A stretch of 64,000 nt of DNA. Source: Candidatus Bathyarchaeota archaeon (GTDB taxonomy: Archaea; Thermoproteota; Bathyarchaeia; Bathyarchaeales; Bathycorpusculaceae). This document shows, in pieces, positions 1-10,632 of the stretch; within the stretch, counting starts at the first letter, position 1, and each line of letters opens with the position of its first letter. The notes beneath the pieces are model-generated. The model worked only from the letters and a program-made list of their open reading frames with translations, ran no database searches and was not told where the DNA came from. A program made the position numbers and the translations under genes. The stretch is taken from positions 1,248,001-1,312,000 of the forward strand of contig CAWEPZ010000011.1 in NCBI GenBank assembly GCA_963811105.1, written 5' to 3'.

Positions 1-561
1 TGGTTCTGTGGAAATAACGACTATTTTTTCTTTGGGGACTTTGTAAATTCTAACAATCTCATCCCGCATCCACTCAGATTTAACGCTGATTTTTTTTGCT
101 TCGTAACAACCCAACCATTCAATACTTTCTATTGCCATATTATATGGAGTATTTAGAGCCTTTGACCTATGATCTTCTAGGCTTTCTACGGAATAAACGA
201 ACGGTATTCCAAGTCCACTTTTTAAGGTGACTGCTGCTGGAATGAAATGCCAATCATAAACGTCTATGAGGTCAATTTGTTTGTCGGCCTGATAGTAAAT
301 GTTGGCTGCCGCTCTTTCAATTTCTTGGTTTAATGTTAAAACCCACGTTAAAACCCCGACATGAGTTCGAACAGGGTTTGATACCCTTACGGTTTTTACT
401 CCTGTGGGCTCTTGCTCTACACCAGTTATATGATCATTATAGGTTACAACGTTAACCTCTACATTTTTGGTAGCCAGTTGAGTCGATAGGGCTTTTATGT
501 ATTCAGAGAGTTTGCCCACCACTCTTGGCGGGTACTCCCATGAGAAAATAACTATACGCAT
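1..561 (-). CDS. Glycosyltransferase family 4 protein (glycogen synthase-like); 3' end lies outside the window
   Basis: Manual translation from ATG at 561 gives MRIVIFSWEYPPRVVGKLSEY..., the typical GT4 N-terminal motif. It lies next to GH57. Confidence 0.85.
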   Translation of the reverse strand, partial: MRIVIFSWEYPPRVVGKLSEYIKALSTQLATKNVEVNVVTYNDHITGVEQEPTGVKTVRVSNPVRTHVGVLTWVLTLNQEIERAAANIYYQADKQIDLIDVYDWHFIPAAVTLKSGLGIPFVYSVESLEDHRSKALNTPYNMAIESIEWLGCYEAKKISVKSEWMRDEIVRIYKVPKEKIVVISTEP

Positions 562-568
562 GGTCCCA

Positions 569-820
569 CTACGTGAAAAGCGAGCAGACCTTAATTATTC
601 CTCTTGCATTAAGATAATACCGTTTTTTTCCCTCATTATCAACGAAGCTTTCAGCGAAACCCTCAGACTTGTACGTGTCCAAAATGTTTTCAATCTCATT
701 TGGGTCTTTCTCCATGAGTCTCGCTACTTCCTCGCCTCTTCTTGCCAAATCAGCAGCTGTGGCACATAAATTATGGAGGGTTTGCAGCACCTTATCAGGG
801 TATGGAAGCTCGTCTCTCAT
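569..820 (-). CDS. Small hypothetical protein, possible winged-helix
   Basis: 83-aa ORF packed between GH57 and GT4. Helical pattern ends in a wing-like KKRYYLNARG segment. Confidence 0.6.
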   Translation of the reverse strand: MRDELPYPDKVLQTLHNLCATAADLARRGEEVARLMEKDPNEIENILDTYKSEGFAESFVDNEGKKRYYLNARGIIKVCSLFT

Positions 821-885
821 TTTAACGCACCTAACCGTGAAAACAACACGGCAACTTATCTTATAAACGCATACCTGATATCTTC

Positions 886-2433
886 CTAAAAAAGCTGAGT
901 TGCAGTCTGAATTTGTTTATTTAAGATGACATACCGCTTTTTTGAGAAATCAAGCATTGTTTTTCTTAGAGTTTCACCTTCTTGTTCTGAAGCCTTTATC
1001 TCTCTGAAGTCTGACGCTAGTTTTTGGTACTTAAGCGAGTTTTGAGCCCAGCTTTCAAAGTCTCCATTATAAACGTGAAATTCTATGGCTTTAATGTTAA
1101 CTTCTTTGATTGCTTTATTAAATCCTTTTAGGCTCCAAGCCATGATTCCGGTGTAATATTCTTTTCCAAAACCAGTATAGAATAGAAAAGGCTCGTTAGC
1201 CGTTAATATCGTCATCCTTACCCTAGCTTCAAAATCGTTTAGAAGTGTTTGCGCTACCACAAATGCATCCATAGGTGATTCATATGGGCTAAAGTAAGTG
1301 TGAATTTCCCCAGGTCCACCGCCTGCGGTGAACATGTAGTACAAGTGGTCGCTTGTTTGGAAGTCACGCCAAAGCTTGAGAAAATCAGGATCATCCGCTT
1401 CTTTTACCAATGGCTCCAATCGCCTCAGTGTTGTATAGTATGCCCATTGCATCACGTTGCCAAGCCACCCCGATTGGTCTCGTTGGGTATCTGCCCAAGA
1501 AACAGTACCGCCTGCTTCAGGGACATCAATTTCTCCCGCGGGGGGATGCGTAGCCACAACTTCAGAGGGCGTTGCCATACTCAACTCCTTACAACGTAGT
1601 ATCTCTTCAGGAAGGTGTTGTAGGAAGCTATGTATACCTGTTTCGGGCCAGTGATGTTCGCCAAAGGTTTCATAGTCAGGGAATATTGTGATGCATTCGC
1701 CAGGTGTAGATGCTAACCAGCCTGCGTATTTATCTGCGGTCAGGGGCCATTCAGGCCACCATCGTGCTGAAAACCTAAACCCTATGTCATCTGTAAGTTT
1801 ATAATTACGCAACAATACGCGAATTTTCTTTGAGCCTTTTGGTGTGTAGATGTGGTTAGGTGATTTCTCGCCAAGGATTTTCTCTACGCCTTCAGTGTAA
1901 ATGCCTTTGTATCCTAAGGATTCAACGGTTTTAGCGATGGTATTGTTGTACAAAAGTTCGGTGTTTTCGAAAATTGTCGGTGTATAGCCAAGCAAGTCCT
2001 TTATGGTTTGCTTGTGCATTTTTACCTGTTCAATAAACTCTTCTTTGTCAGGGTATAGGCTGGCGATAGAATGATAGTAAGTCTGGTCTAAAAATTCAAC
2101 ACATCCCGTATTCGCTAGCTGCTTAAATGTGTCAAGGAGGTCCGGGGCAAACATTTCACATTGCTCAAGGAACACTCCCGACATACTAAATGATAATTTG
2201 ACCTTCTTACGGTCCCGCTTGTGCTTGTCCGCCAGGTCAAGCAGTATCTGATTCGAAGGAAAATAACATTTACGTGCAGCACGATTAAAGATTTCACGGT
2301 CAACCTCATGGTCAAAATAATAACTGAATAATTCTTCCTTTTTTAAGCGTCTGAAAACTTTGCCTTCCCAAAATAAGTTCCGCTTAAGCCTATGAGGCTG
2401 GTGAACCTCAAAGACAAACACAACATCGGTCAT
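886..2433 (-). CDS. Glycoside hydrolase family 57 (alpha-amylase type) with C-terminal DUF5752-like domain
   Basis: GH57 motifs FEVHQP, TYYHS, ENTEL and DYETFGEH. Confidence 0.92.
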   Translation of the reverse strand: MTDVVFVFEVHQPHRLKRNLFWEGKVFRRLKKEELFSYYFDHEVDREIFNRAARKCYFPSNQILLDLADKHKRDRKKVKLSFSMSGVFLEQCEMFAPDLLDTFKQLANTGCVEFLDQTYYHSIASLYPDKEEFIEQVKMHKQTIKDLLGYTPTIFENTELLYNNTIAKTVESLGYKGIYTEGVEKILGEKSPNHIYTPKGSKKIRVLLRNYKLTDDIGFRFSARWWPEWPLTADKYAGWLASTPGECITIFPDYETFGEHHWPETGIHSFLQHLPEEILRCKELSMATPSEVVATHPPAGEIDVPEAGGTVSWADTQRDQSGWLGNVMQWAYYTTLRRLEPLVKEADDPDFLKLWRDFQTSDHLYYMFTAGGGPGEIHTYFSPYESPMDAFVVAQTLLNDFEARVRMTILTANEPFLFYTGFGKEYYTGIMAWSLKGFNKAIKEVNIKAIEFHVYNGDFESWAQNSLKYQKLASDFREIKASEQEGETLRKTMLDFSKKRYVILNKQIQTATQLF

Positions 2434-2655
2434 AAATTTCAGCCTCTAAGCAGAATATTAAGAACCACATTTATTTCTAATTTGCCTTTTATAGAATAAA
2501 AATGCTTTTCACCTCTAACGATACTTAATCATTTTACCGGTCGAATTTAGCAAAGTTTAATCAGTTGTTGCTATTCCCTTGAATCATTGATTAGATTGCA
2601 TTTTAACGTAAGTCTTATATTACAAAACCTAATTTAGTGTCCGTTGTGACCTCAG

Positions 2656-3726
2656 ATGGCTCAAACTAGACCTCCATTGTACATGGTTACTTGGCGTTGT
2701 ACTCGAAGATGTGTAGGGAACTGCGTCTATTGCAGTTATGTTCCCAAATTTGCTAAAGACAGCGAGGTGGACACTGCTACAGGTAAAGAAATTGTAGATC
2801 AAATGTATGATTTTGGTGCAAAATGGTTCGGTATTAGCGGTGGCGAACCATTAGTCAGGGAAGACATTTTTGAAGTTATTGCACACGCTAAAGAGATTGG
2901 GATGGAAGTTAGCTTAATTACAAGCGGCTTCGCTTTTGATCAAAAACGTTTAGACAACCTTGCAAAGTATGACGTTCATACAGCAGTCAGCATAGATGGT
3001 AACAGAGAAGCAAACGACAAGATTAGAGGACAAGGAAGTTATGACAAAGCCATTTTTGCTATGAAGAAACTTTCAGAAAAAGGCTTGCTGGACTGCATCG
3101 TAACAACTATGACCAAATACAACATTAACTCACTAGAACATACTTGTGAATTAGCGGCTGAATTTGGCGGCAAAATGGTTGTTTACCACAATCTTGTACC
3201 AGTGGGAAGAGCGAGCGATAACATGGTTGATTTAGCACCCACAGCTGACCAATACGAGGTAGCACTAAACAACCTTTACGACTACGAACAAAAATACTCG
3301 CACAACAAATCAAACAAAAAGTTCAGAGTTAACGTTTACTCACCATTCTACGCAAGAATTGTAAAGCAAAGAAACCCAAGTAAATTCTGGGATTGGTTCA
3401 CCAATGACTTCCTAGGCAAATGCACCATTGGCGGAGACTACATCGGTGTCACAGAAAACGGTGACTTCAGACCCTGCGGCTTCCATGAAGGATACAGACT
3501 GGCAAACATAAAAGACAAAGGCTTGAAGCAAACCTGGGAGGAACTCCAACGCAACGAATTACATCTCAAACTCAGAGACAGAACTAACTTGAAAGGCAGA
3601 TGCGGCGTTTGTGAGTACCGAGAAATCTGTGGCGGATGCAGAACACGCGCTGAATTCTACACGGGCGACCTGTTCGAATCAGACCCAGCCTGCAGCTATA
3701 TACCCAAATTGCTACGTGAGAAATGA
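2656..3726 (+). CDS. Radical SAM/SPASM domain protein (NirJ/Ahb/PqqE-like)
   Basis: CVGNCVYC (CxxxCxxC), SGGEPL, and a C-terminal CGVC...CGGCR...DPAC SPASM motif. Confidence 0.9.
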   Translation: MAQTRPPLYMVTWRCTRRCVGNCVYCSYVPKFAKDSEVDTATGKEIVDQMYDFGAKWFGISGGEPLVREDIFEVIAHAKEIGMEVSLITSGFAFDQKRLDNLAKYDVHTAVSIDGNREANDKIRGQGSYDKAIFAMKKLSEKGLLDCIVTTMTKYNINSLEHTCELAAEFGGKMVVYHNLVPVGRASDNMVDLAPTADQYEVALNNLYDYEQKYSHNKSNKKFRVNVYSPFYARIVKQRNPSKFWDWFTNDFLGKCTIGGDYIGVTENGDFRPCGFHEGYRLANIKDKGLKQTWEELQRNELHLKLRDRTNLKGRCGVCEYREICGGCRTRAEFYTGDLFESDPACSYIPKLLREK

Positions 3727-3811
3727 TCGCCTAATTTTTTCTTTATTTTTCCCTTTATCGTAAAGTTAAATAGCTAATTTATTAGTTAGAGATTTACTTC
3801 GTGTGAGAACA

Positions 3812-5101
3812 ATGTTAGATATCAAGCTTATCCGCGAGAATCCTGAACTAGTAAGAAATAATTTGGCAAAGCGTGGCAATCCTCAATGCATCCAGATGCT
3901 GGAGGATTTAATCGCTGTAGACAGAGAATGGCGGTTGAACCTTACGAAATTGAACGAGTTGCGACACCAGCGAAAACAAGTAACCATAGAAATTGCCAAA
4001 CTGAAAAAAGCCGCCAAGGAAGCCGACGACGAAGTCCGCAAAGCGCAAGATGTCGATGTTAAAATAAAAGATATCGAAAAAAACGTAACTTTGGAAGAAG
4101 AGAAAACCCATGATTACCTCATGCGACTTCCGAATCTATTAGACGAGACTGTTCCGTTTGGAAAAGATTCCAACGACAATGTTCAAATAAAAACATGGGG
4201 TACAATCCCACAATTTAATTTTCCGGCAAGAAATCACATCGATTTAGCTTTGGATTTAGGACAAATTGACATGGAAAGGGCTGGAAAAATCTCCGGCGCA
4301 AGATTCTTCTACCTAAAAGATCAAGTGGCCTTGTTAGATTTGGCATTGATGAGTTTTGCAATTGAGAAACTAGTAAAAAAAGGTTATACCCCGATTATTC
4401 CGCCTTACTTGATGAAGCGTGAAGCCTATGAAGGAGTAACCGCAATGGGCGATTTTGCTGAGGTGTTATATAAAGCGGAAAATGAAGATCTTTACTTGAT
4501 AGCTACTTCGGAGCATCCGATGGCTGCTATGTACATGAATGAAGTGTTAAAGGAACAGGATATGCCGTTGAAACTTGCAGGAATGAGTACTTGTTTTAGA
4601 AAAGAAGCTGGAGCACATGGCAAAGATACACGAGGAATATTCCGTACCCATCAATTCAATAAAATTGAGCAATTTATCTTTTGTAACCCAGAAGACTCAG
4701 CTAAACTGCATGAGGAACTGCTGCAGAACGCTGAGGAAGTGTTTCAAGAGCTTGGATTGGCATATCGAGTTGTCAATGTTTGTACAGGCGACATTGGAAC
4801 TGTAGCAGCCAAAAAATACGATATTGAAGCTTGGATGCCAGCGCAAAACGGCTACCGCGAGGTTGTTTCATGCAGTAACTGCACTGATTACCAAGGAAGA
4901 CGATTGGGAATTCGTTACAGGGAAAAAGAGGGAGCAGCACCAAAGGGTTTTGTTCACACCTTAAACTCGACAGCTGTAGCTACAGGTAGAACCATAGTTG
5001 CCATATTAGAGAATAATCAGCTAGAAGATGGAACAATTAACATACCAGAAGTATTAAGAAAATATATGGGAAACAGAATGAAAATAGACAGAAAACGCTA
5101 A
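3812..5101 (+). CDS. serS: Serine--tRNA ligase
   Basis: MLDIKLIRENP start, N-terminal coiled coil, LIATSEHP, FRKEAG, HQFNKIE, EVVSCSNC and TLNST. Confidence 0.97.
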   Translation: MLDIKLIRENPELVRNNLAKRGNPQCIQMLEDLIAVDREWRLNLTKLNELRHQRKQVTIEIAKLKKAAKEADDEVRKAQDVDVKIKDIEKNVTLEEEKTHDYLMRLPNLLDETVPFGKDSNDNVQIKTWGTIPQFNFPARNHIDLALDLGQIDMERAGKISGARFFYLKDQVALLDLALMSFAIEKLVKKGYTPIIPPYLMKREAYEGVTAMGDFAEVLYKAENEDLYLIATSEHPMAAMYMNEVLKEQDMPLKLAGMSTCFRKEAGAHGKDTRGIFRTHQFNKIEQFIFCNPEDSAKLHEELLQNAEEVFQELGLAYRVVNVCTGDIGTVAAKKYDIEAWMPAQNGYREVVSCSNCTDYQGRRLGIRYREKEGAAPKGFVHTLNSTAVATGRTIVAILENNQLEDGTINIPEVLRKYMGNRMKIDRKR

Positions 5102-5151
5102 AGCTTTTAATATTTCTATGAGAATGTTGAGGCACGTTTGGAGAAATAACT

Positions 5152-5787
5152 TTGTCTTCGAAAACTAAACATATTCGCGATAAATGGCGCGGAAAAGGAT
5201 GGTATATGGTAGTTGCACCATCCTTCTTTGGCAACGTTGAGTTAGGTGCTATCCCAGCTCAAGAACCACAACAATTAATCGGCAGAGTTGTTGAAGCCAC
5301 ATTATATGACATAACAGCTGATTTTTCGCATCACTTTTTGAAAATGTTTTTCCAAGTAAACGAAATTGACCAAAAAACCGCCAAAACACTTTTCAAAGGT
5401 CATGAATACTCACGAGATTACCTCAGAAGCTTGGTTAGAAGAAGAACCACAAAAGTTGATTCCTTAATCAACCTAACCACAAAGGACGGATACAAGCTCA
5501 GAATTGCAGTTTCAGCACTGACTCTTTCCAGAATAAAGACGTCACAAGAAAAAATCATACGCAAAATGATGGATAAAACAATCCATGAAAAAGCTAATGC
5601 ATTATCACTTGACCAGTTCGTTCAGGAAATGGTTCTTGGAAAAATCGCTTCAGACATCTACAATCAAGCTAAAGAGGTTGCACCGCTTAGGCACGTTGGC
5701 ATAAGAAAATCCAAATTACTTGCAGCACCAAAGACAGCGCCGGTTAAAGAAGCCCCTGTTCTACAAACTACAGAAGCTCAAGTATAA
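5152..5787 (+). CDS. rps3ae: 30S ribosomal protein S3Ae (eS1)
   Basis: DKWRGKGWY, GRVVEATLYD, DYLRSLVRR and PLRHVGIRKSK. Confidence 0.96.
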   Translation: MSSKTKHIRDKWRGKGWYMVVAPSFFGNVELGAIPAQEPQQLIGRVVEATLYDITADFSHHFLKMFFQVNEIDQKTAKTLFKGHEYSRDYLRSLVRRRTTKVDSLINLTTKDGYKLRIAVSALTLSRIKTSQEKIIRKMMDKTIHEKANALSLDQFVQEMVLGKIASDIYNQAKEVAPLRHVGIRKSKLLAAPKTAPVKEAPVLQTTEAQV

Positions 5788-5882
5788 CCTAACCTATTTT
5801 CTTTATCTTCTTTTCGTGGGGCAAAATACTTTAGAAGGCAATGGGAACTAAAATTCTTAGATAAACATTTGGAGCTACGTAA

Positions 5883-6341
5883 TTGTCAGCAAAAGCAGGA
5901 GTCCATGAGAAAGGAAAATTCACGGTTCAAGACACAATAAATAACATAAAAAAAGACCCCAACTACTATAAAGCTGGTGCAATAGGGCTTTTTATCGGCG
6001 TGGTTAGAGGAGAAACCTTTCAGGGAGAAAAAGTCGAAAAGCTCAAACTTGAAGCCTATGAGGAAAAAGCCAACCAAGTTCTGGGCAAAATATGTGATGA
6101 TTTATCTGAAAAGCCCGGAATTGTTAATGTTCAAATTCACCATTTACTCGGGGAATTCAACGTTGGAGAGGACCTTGTCTATGTTGCGGTTGCTGGTTCT
6201 CACCGAACTGATGTTTTTCCAGTCCTACGGGAAGCTGTAGAGAGATACAAAAGTGAAGCCCCAGTTTTCAAAAAAGAACACGTCAGAGATGAGAAAGGTT
6301 CTAAAGTTGAATATTGGGTTTCAGAAAAACACAACCATTGA
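5883..6341 (+). CDS. moaE: Molybdopterin synthase catalytic subunit
   Basis: GAIGLFIGVVR, LEAYEE, HLLG...VAVAGSHR and KSEAPVFKKE. Confidence 0.92.
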   Translation: MSAKAGVHEKGKFTVQDTINNIKKDPNYYKAGAIGLFIGVVRGETFQGEKVEKLKLEAYEEKANQVLGKICDDLSEKPGIVNVQIHHLLGEFNVGEDLVYVAVAGSHRTDVFPVLREAVERYKSEAPVFKKEHVRDEKGSKVEYWVSEKHNH

Positions 6342-6355
6342 TGGCATGAAAGACC

Positions 6356-7273
6356 ATGATCACGGCTTTAGCAGGTGGCGTTGGCGCCGCCAGATTTCTA
6401 ACTGGCTTATTGAGGCTTGTTAGAGAGGAGGACGTTTCAGTGGTTGTAAATACTGGCGATGACATGGAAATGTTTGGTTTGCATATTTCACCAGACATCG
6501 ACATTGTAACTTACACGCTCGCAGGCATTGTGGATGATGAGAAGGGTTGGGGAATAAAAGGCGACACGTTCCAGTGTCTGGAAATGCTTAAAAAATATGG
6601 TTTAGAAACATGGTTTGCCCTAGGCGATATGGATTTTGCAACGCATATCTTCCGAACCGATTTATTGAAAAAAGGTTTTACGCTTTCACAGGCAACCAAA
6701 GAAATTTGCCGCGCCTTAGGGCTTAAATTAAACATTTTGCCCATGACTGACGACAAGTTTGAGACTTGGATAAAACTTGAAGAAGGCTCTGTTCATTTTG
6801 AAGAATACTTCGTGAAAAGAGCTTCAAAAGACAAAGTTTTAGGCGTGGACTTTGTTGGCGCTGATAATGCGAAACCATCCCCTAATGTAATAGACTCAAT
6901 TATGGACTCTGAAAAGATAGTTATTTGCCCCAGCAACCCCATAGTTAGCATTAGCACCATTCTTTCAATTGAAGGAATAAGAGAAGCGTTAAGAAAAACA
7001 AGCGCCGAAGTTATTGGAGTGAGCCCTATAGTTGCCGGCGTCCCAATTAAGGGTCCAGCAGATAAACTACTGCGTGCTTTAGGCTATGAAGTTTCAGCTT
7101 TTTCTGTTGCCAAACTTTACGATGATCTTCTCGATACATTTGTGATTGATGCCAAGGATGTTCTGGAAAAACAGCTGATTGAACAGCTTGGAATAGAAGT
7201 GAAAGTTACAGATACAGTGATGAGGACTTTAAGTGATAAGGTTCAATTGGCAAATGCTGTACTTGAAAACTAG
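6356..7273 (+). CDS. cofD: 2-phospho-L-lactate transferase (F420 biosynthesis)
   Basis: LAGGVGAARF, VNTGDD, ISPDID, LGDMD, PMTDD, CPSNPIVSI and KGPADK. Confidence 0.95.
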   Translation: MITALAGGVGAARFLTGLLRLVREEDVSVVVNTGDDMEMFGLHISPDIDIVTYTLAGIVDDEKGWGIKGDTFQCLEMLKKYGLETWFALGDMDFATHIFRTDLLKKGFTLSQATKEICRALGLKLNILPMTDDKFETWIKLEEGSVHFEEYFVKRASKDKVLGVDFVGADNAKPSPNVIDSIMDSEKIVICPSNPIVSISTILSIEGIREALRKTSAEVIGVSPIVAGVPIKGPADKLLRALGYEVSAFSVAKLYDDLLDTFVIDAKDVLEKQLIEQLGIEVKVTDTVMRTLSDKVQLANAVLEN

Positions 7274-7671
7274 CTTAAAAACAACCTCTATATAGACTAA
7301 TTATTAGACTAAATACTATTTTGAGAGCTTAAATAAACTACAAAAACGAAAGACTTCTCAGAAGGGTTTGCAAATAAAAAAAACAAAAAATCATCATACA
7401 AAGCCAAAGCGCTATGGTGAGACGTTCATTTGTAAAACGCTGTTCAACACGTTTGGTAAAGGGTAGAATTATGAAGGAAGAAATGAATCGTAAAAGGAAA
7501 GCGAAGGGCAGAAACGCGGATCTTGTAGATTGGCTCTTAGCGATTGATTCAAGCTTTATATAAAAAAATTTCAGAAGCAAATTTGCGAAAAAGCTATGAG
7601 CATGAAGCTACCTGTAAGAGGCATTAATAGAAGGGCTATATGCGAAATAGCCCAATAATGTAAAAAGGAGA

Positions 7672-8349
7672 TTGAGATTAGTGGAAAGAAAAAGTTACGA
7701 TTGGTTTGAGCAACGCCGTAAAACCAGAGGATTAGAACTAGCCCATGACCAGATAACAAAAGCTTTTGACACCGTAACTTGGCTACATAAAGCAACTAAA
7801 AGCTTTTCAGAGAAAAACTTTAAAGAAGCAAAAAAATACATTGAAAACTTGTACAAAACTGAAGAAGGCGTTGACCAGCTTCGAACAGATGTCTTTATGG
7901 AGTTGTCCAAAGGGGCTGCCCTTGTCGCGGATTATCGAGAAGACTTACTGCATCTTGTTAAACGATTAGATACACTCGCAGATCACACAAAAGACGCTGC
8001 AAGGTGCCTTGAAATGCTTGCTGACGCAGATATCCCACAGGAATTATCTGACAAAACCGTTATTATGACTGAAAAACTTGTCGAGACAGCTCAAACATTA
8101 AGAAGCAGTATAGAAAAAATCTCATCAAACCCAACTGAAGCCATAAACGAAGCAAAAAAAGTCGGAGAAATAGAACACGCAATTGACGTTGAATACCTTA
8201 AGACTAAAAGCTTGTTCGTAAAGTACGGGGCAAACATAAACTGTGGAGCCATGGTAATATTCAATGATTTAATCGAATTTATTGAGCAAGCTTCAGACAT
8301 GTGTGCTGACACAGCCGACTACATCATTATACTCTCAAGTAGAGAATAA
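7672..8349 (+). CDS. DUF47 / PhoU-like phosphate transport regulator
   Basis: Two helical repeats carrying E-x3-D motifs (EEGVD, EHAID), REDLLHLV...D and SDMCAD. Confidence 0.8.
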   Translation: MRLVERKSYDWFEQRRKTRGLELAHDQITKAFDTVTWLHKATKSFSEKNFKEAKKYIENLYKTEEGVDQLRTDVFMELSKGAALVADYREDLLHLVKRLDTLADHTKDAARCLEMLADADIPQELSDKTVIMTEKLVETAQTLRSSIEKISSNPTEAINEAKKVGEIEHAIDVEYLKTKSLFVKYGANINCGAMVIFNDLIEFIEQASDMCADTADYIIILSSRE

Positions 8350-8438
8350 GCATCAACTTTTCTTAATTTTTAACTTTTTATGCCTAATTGAATTCTTTAT
8401 ATTCTCAAGGGGTTGCTGAAAATCCGGCTTTTTGTCAC

Positions 8439-9446
8439 TTAGGAAGCACTCATGTTTTTTTCTTTGCCACTAACCAACAGTACCAACCCAAGGAAAACAA
8501 AAACTAAACACCACAAATTCACATTATGTGGTGGACCTATCATTTCGTACCATACGTTGGGATGGGGTGCGTATCCTCCTGTAAGATAAAAGTAGAGCAA
8601 GTTAAAAATGAAGTAACCACCGAAAGCCATCATTGTAACACCCAAACCTCTCAAAGATGGTTTGCTGCCTTGCATCTTTGGGGCTGGAAAAGTAAGCTTC
8701 AAAATAAACAGGGCTAATGCCAACAGCCCCAAAACTGTTATAATAAAACTTGCGAAGTTTATTGGCCCAAATAGGAAGCTCCATCCATATTGGCCTCGAG
8801 CACGGTCAAACGGAACCATGTTTCCTAGCCACGCCATAGAATAACTGAACCAAAAAACCACTAGGACATAAGTAAATGCAGTTAGAGAACTCCATTTAAC
8901 GATATCTTGAGTTAAACCAACTACGACTTTCGATCTGAGTTTAAACAGGACAATCGGGATAGTCGTAACCGTCGCAAGTGTGGGGATAGCGGCCACGTAC
9001 AGCAAAATCAAAGGTGGAGTATGGTCAAAATAGAAGACGCTTCCATTAGCGAAATAATAAGCAAAAGCTGTGATTGTAGAAGGAATTAGAGATAAGAAAT
9101 ATATTCCCTCCAAAGTTAAGGCAGCACCAACTTTCCCTTTTACCACTGAAAGGGCATTCTCTTTTTTCCACCAAAACAGAGCAGCCGCATAAAATGCAAA
9201 AAAGCCTGCCACCGCACGAATAATCAAACCTAATGTTCCGGCAACTCCTTCACCGGAGTAATATAAGACCATCCACCACAGGGGTCCCTGCGAAAGCTGC
9301 TGGTAAACATAAGAGTTTGAAATGTAGCTAATGCTACCGATTATTCCTTCAATTGCCCAATATAACGCTAACCCAAAGTAAACTGAAACAGCAATTAAGA
9401 TGCCCAGCGGGATAGTTTTTTTCATCAGGCTCACACCAAGGCACAA
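8439..9446 (-). CDS. Multi-pass membrane hypothetical protein (start possibly 9425)
   Basis: 335-aa ORF with about 8-9 hydrophobic segments. Confidence 0.75.
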   Translation of the reverse strand: MCLGVSLMKKTIPLGILIAVSVYFGLALYWAIEGIIGSISYISNSYVYQQLSQGPLWWMVLYYSGEGVAGTLGLIIRAVAGFFAFYAAALFWWKKENALSVVKGKVGAALTLEGIYFLSLIPSTITAFAYYFANGSVFYFDHTPPLILLYVAAIPTLATVTTIPIVLFKLRSKVVVGLTQDIVKWSSLTAFTYVLVVFWFSYSMAWLGNMVPFDRARGQYGWSFLFGPINFASFIITVLGLLALALFILKLTFPAPKMQGSKPSLRGLGVTMMAFGGYFIFNLLYFYLTGGYAPHPNVWYEMIGPPHNVNLWCLVFVFLGLVLLVSGKEKNMSAS

Positions 9447-9659
9447 TTATGGGATGCCGCTTATAGTTCTACTCAAGGAACAGTTTGTTCCTAACTTGGA
9501 ACAGCGTTTTTTGCTAAAATTTTGACTATTTTATCATTTCCTTGGATTTCGGTTATTGCTCTTGAATGCTTTCAAATCTTACTTTTTCTTAAGATCGTTT
9601 CCATGAGGTTAGGGCTTTATGGTTTTGGTTAAAATATCTGAAGGTCCAATTGGAAGCGT

Positions 9660-10227
9660 ATGTTAGAGTACCTTGTATTTGTTGCAGCTTTTGGGTCAAT
9701 GCTTGCAACCTTCGTTTACATACGTTCCATGTTCAAGGGTAAAACGAAACCAAATAGAGTAACTTGGTTTATGTGGTCAATTGCTCCTTTTGTAGCGACA
9801 ACCGCAGCCGTATCCAACGGTGTAGGTTTAGCAGTCATACCAGTATTCATGTCTGGGTTTACCCCATTTTCTAGTGTTTACGGCTTCATTTTTTAACAAG
9901 AAAGCATACTGGAAACTGACCTCGTTTGATTATCTTTGTGGAATATTATCAGGTTTAGCTGTTGTTCTTTGGTTTTTAACCAATAATCCAAATTTAGCGA
10001 TCATCTTTGCAATTATCGGCGATGCACTCGCGGCTATACCAACTCAAACTAAGGCATGGCACAATCCAGAAACTGAGTCTGCCTGGCCTTTCATTGTAGG
10101 AGTATTTAGTCCCATGACAAGTTTTCTTGTAGCCACAACATGGGGGTTTTCTGAGTTGGCTTTCCCTATCTATCTGATAGTAATAAACGTATTACTTGTT
10201 TTTTCAGTGTCTAAGAAAAAGTGGTAA
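9660..10227 (+). pseudogene. Frameshifted small multi-TM membrane protein (PQ-loop/SWEET-like pattern)
   Basis: ORFs 9660-9896 and 9874-10227 join into one protein if one T is removed from the T-run at ~9867-9870 (GFTPF-LVFTASFF). Two repeats: YIRSMFKGKTKPNRVTW and PTQTKAWHNPETES. Confidence 0.75.
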
Positions 10228-10276
10228 TTACTTCCTTGGTATCGATGCTTAGAAATAAATTATACAGAGAAGTTAG

Positions 10277-10354
10277 TGGCGGGCCCGCTGGGATTTGAAC
10301 CCAGGATTCCCGGCTCCGCAGGCCGATGCCTTGTCCGTACTAGACTACGAGCCC
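10277..10354 (-). tRNA. tRNA-Arg(GCG)
   Basis: Reverse complement folds as a cloverleaf: acceptor GGGCTCG/CGGGCCC, anticodon arm TCGGC-CTGCGGA-GCCGG, T-loop TTCAAAT, encoded CCA. Confidence 0.95.
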
Positions 10355-10632
10355 AGTTCTTTTTTGCCCAAAAAATGGAGGGCAGAATAGTAAACACTTT
10401 GCTTAAACTTAAAAATAGTGGTCTGGACGACATTTCTTATGTTGTTTTTATGCTGGTTATTTTGACTGTTTTTAAATTGGGGAAAGAAGTTTCGTCAATA
10501 AGACAGTTCAAGGGAAAAATAGTTATCATAACTTATTTCAGCTTAGGCATTTGGACATGCAAGTTTAGTGCTAAGAAGACAAATATTAAAATTTAGAAAA
10601 AAATAGTTAGAAACTTGGCTTTTTAACCAAGT

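Noticed and set aside
7274-7671. 400-bp intergenic region with hairpin GGGCTAT-ATGCGAA-ATAGCCC (~7633-7653) and short minus-strand ORFs
   Set aside because: A single hairpin with no recognisable RNA or protein motif is insufficient evidence.
10276-10596. 106-aa ORF as a real gene
   Set aside because: It is largely the antisense read of tRNA-Arg plus low-complexity sequence; kept only as a possible integrase relic.
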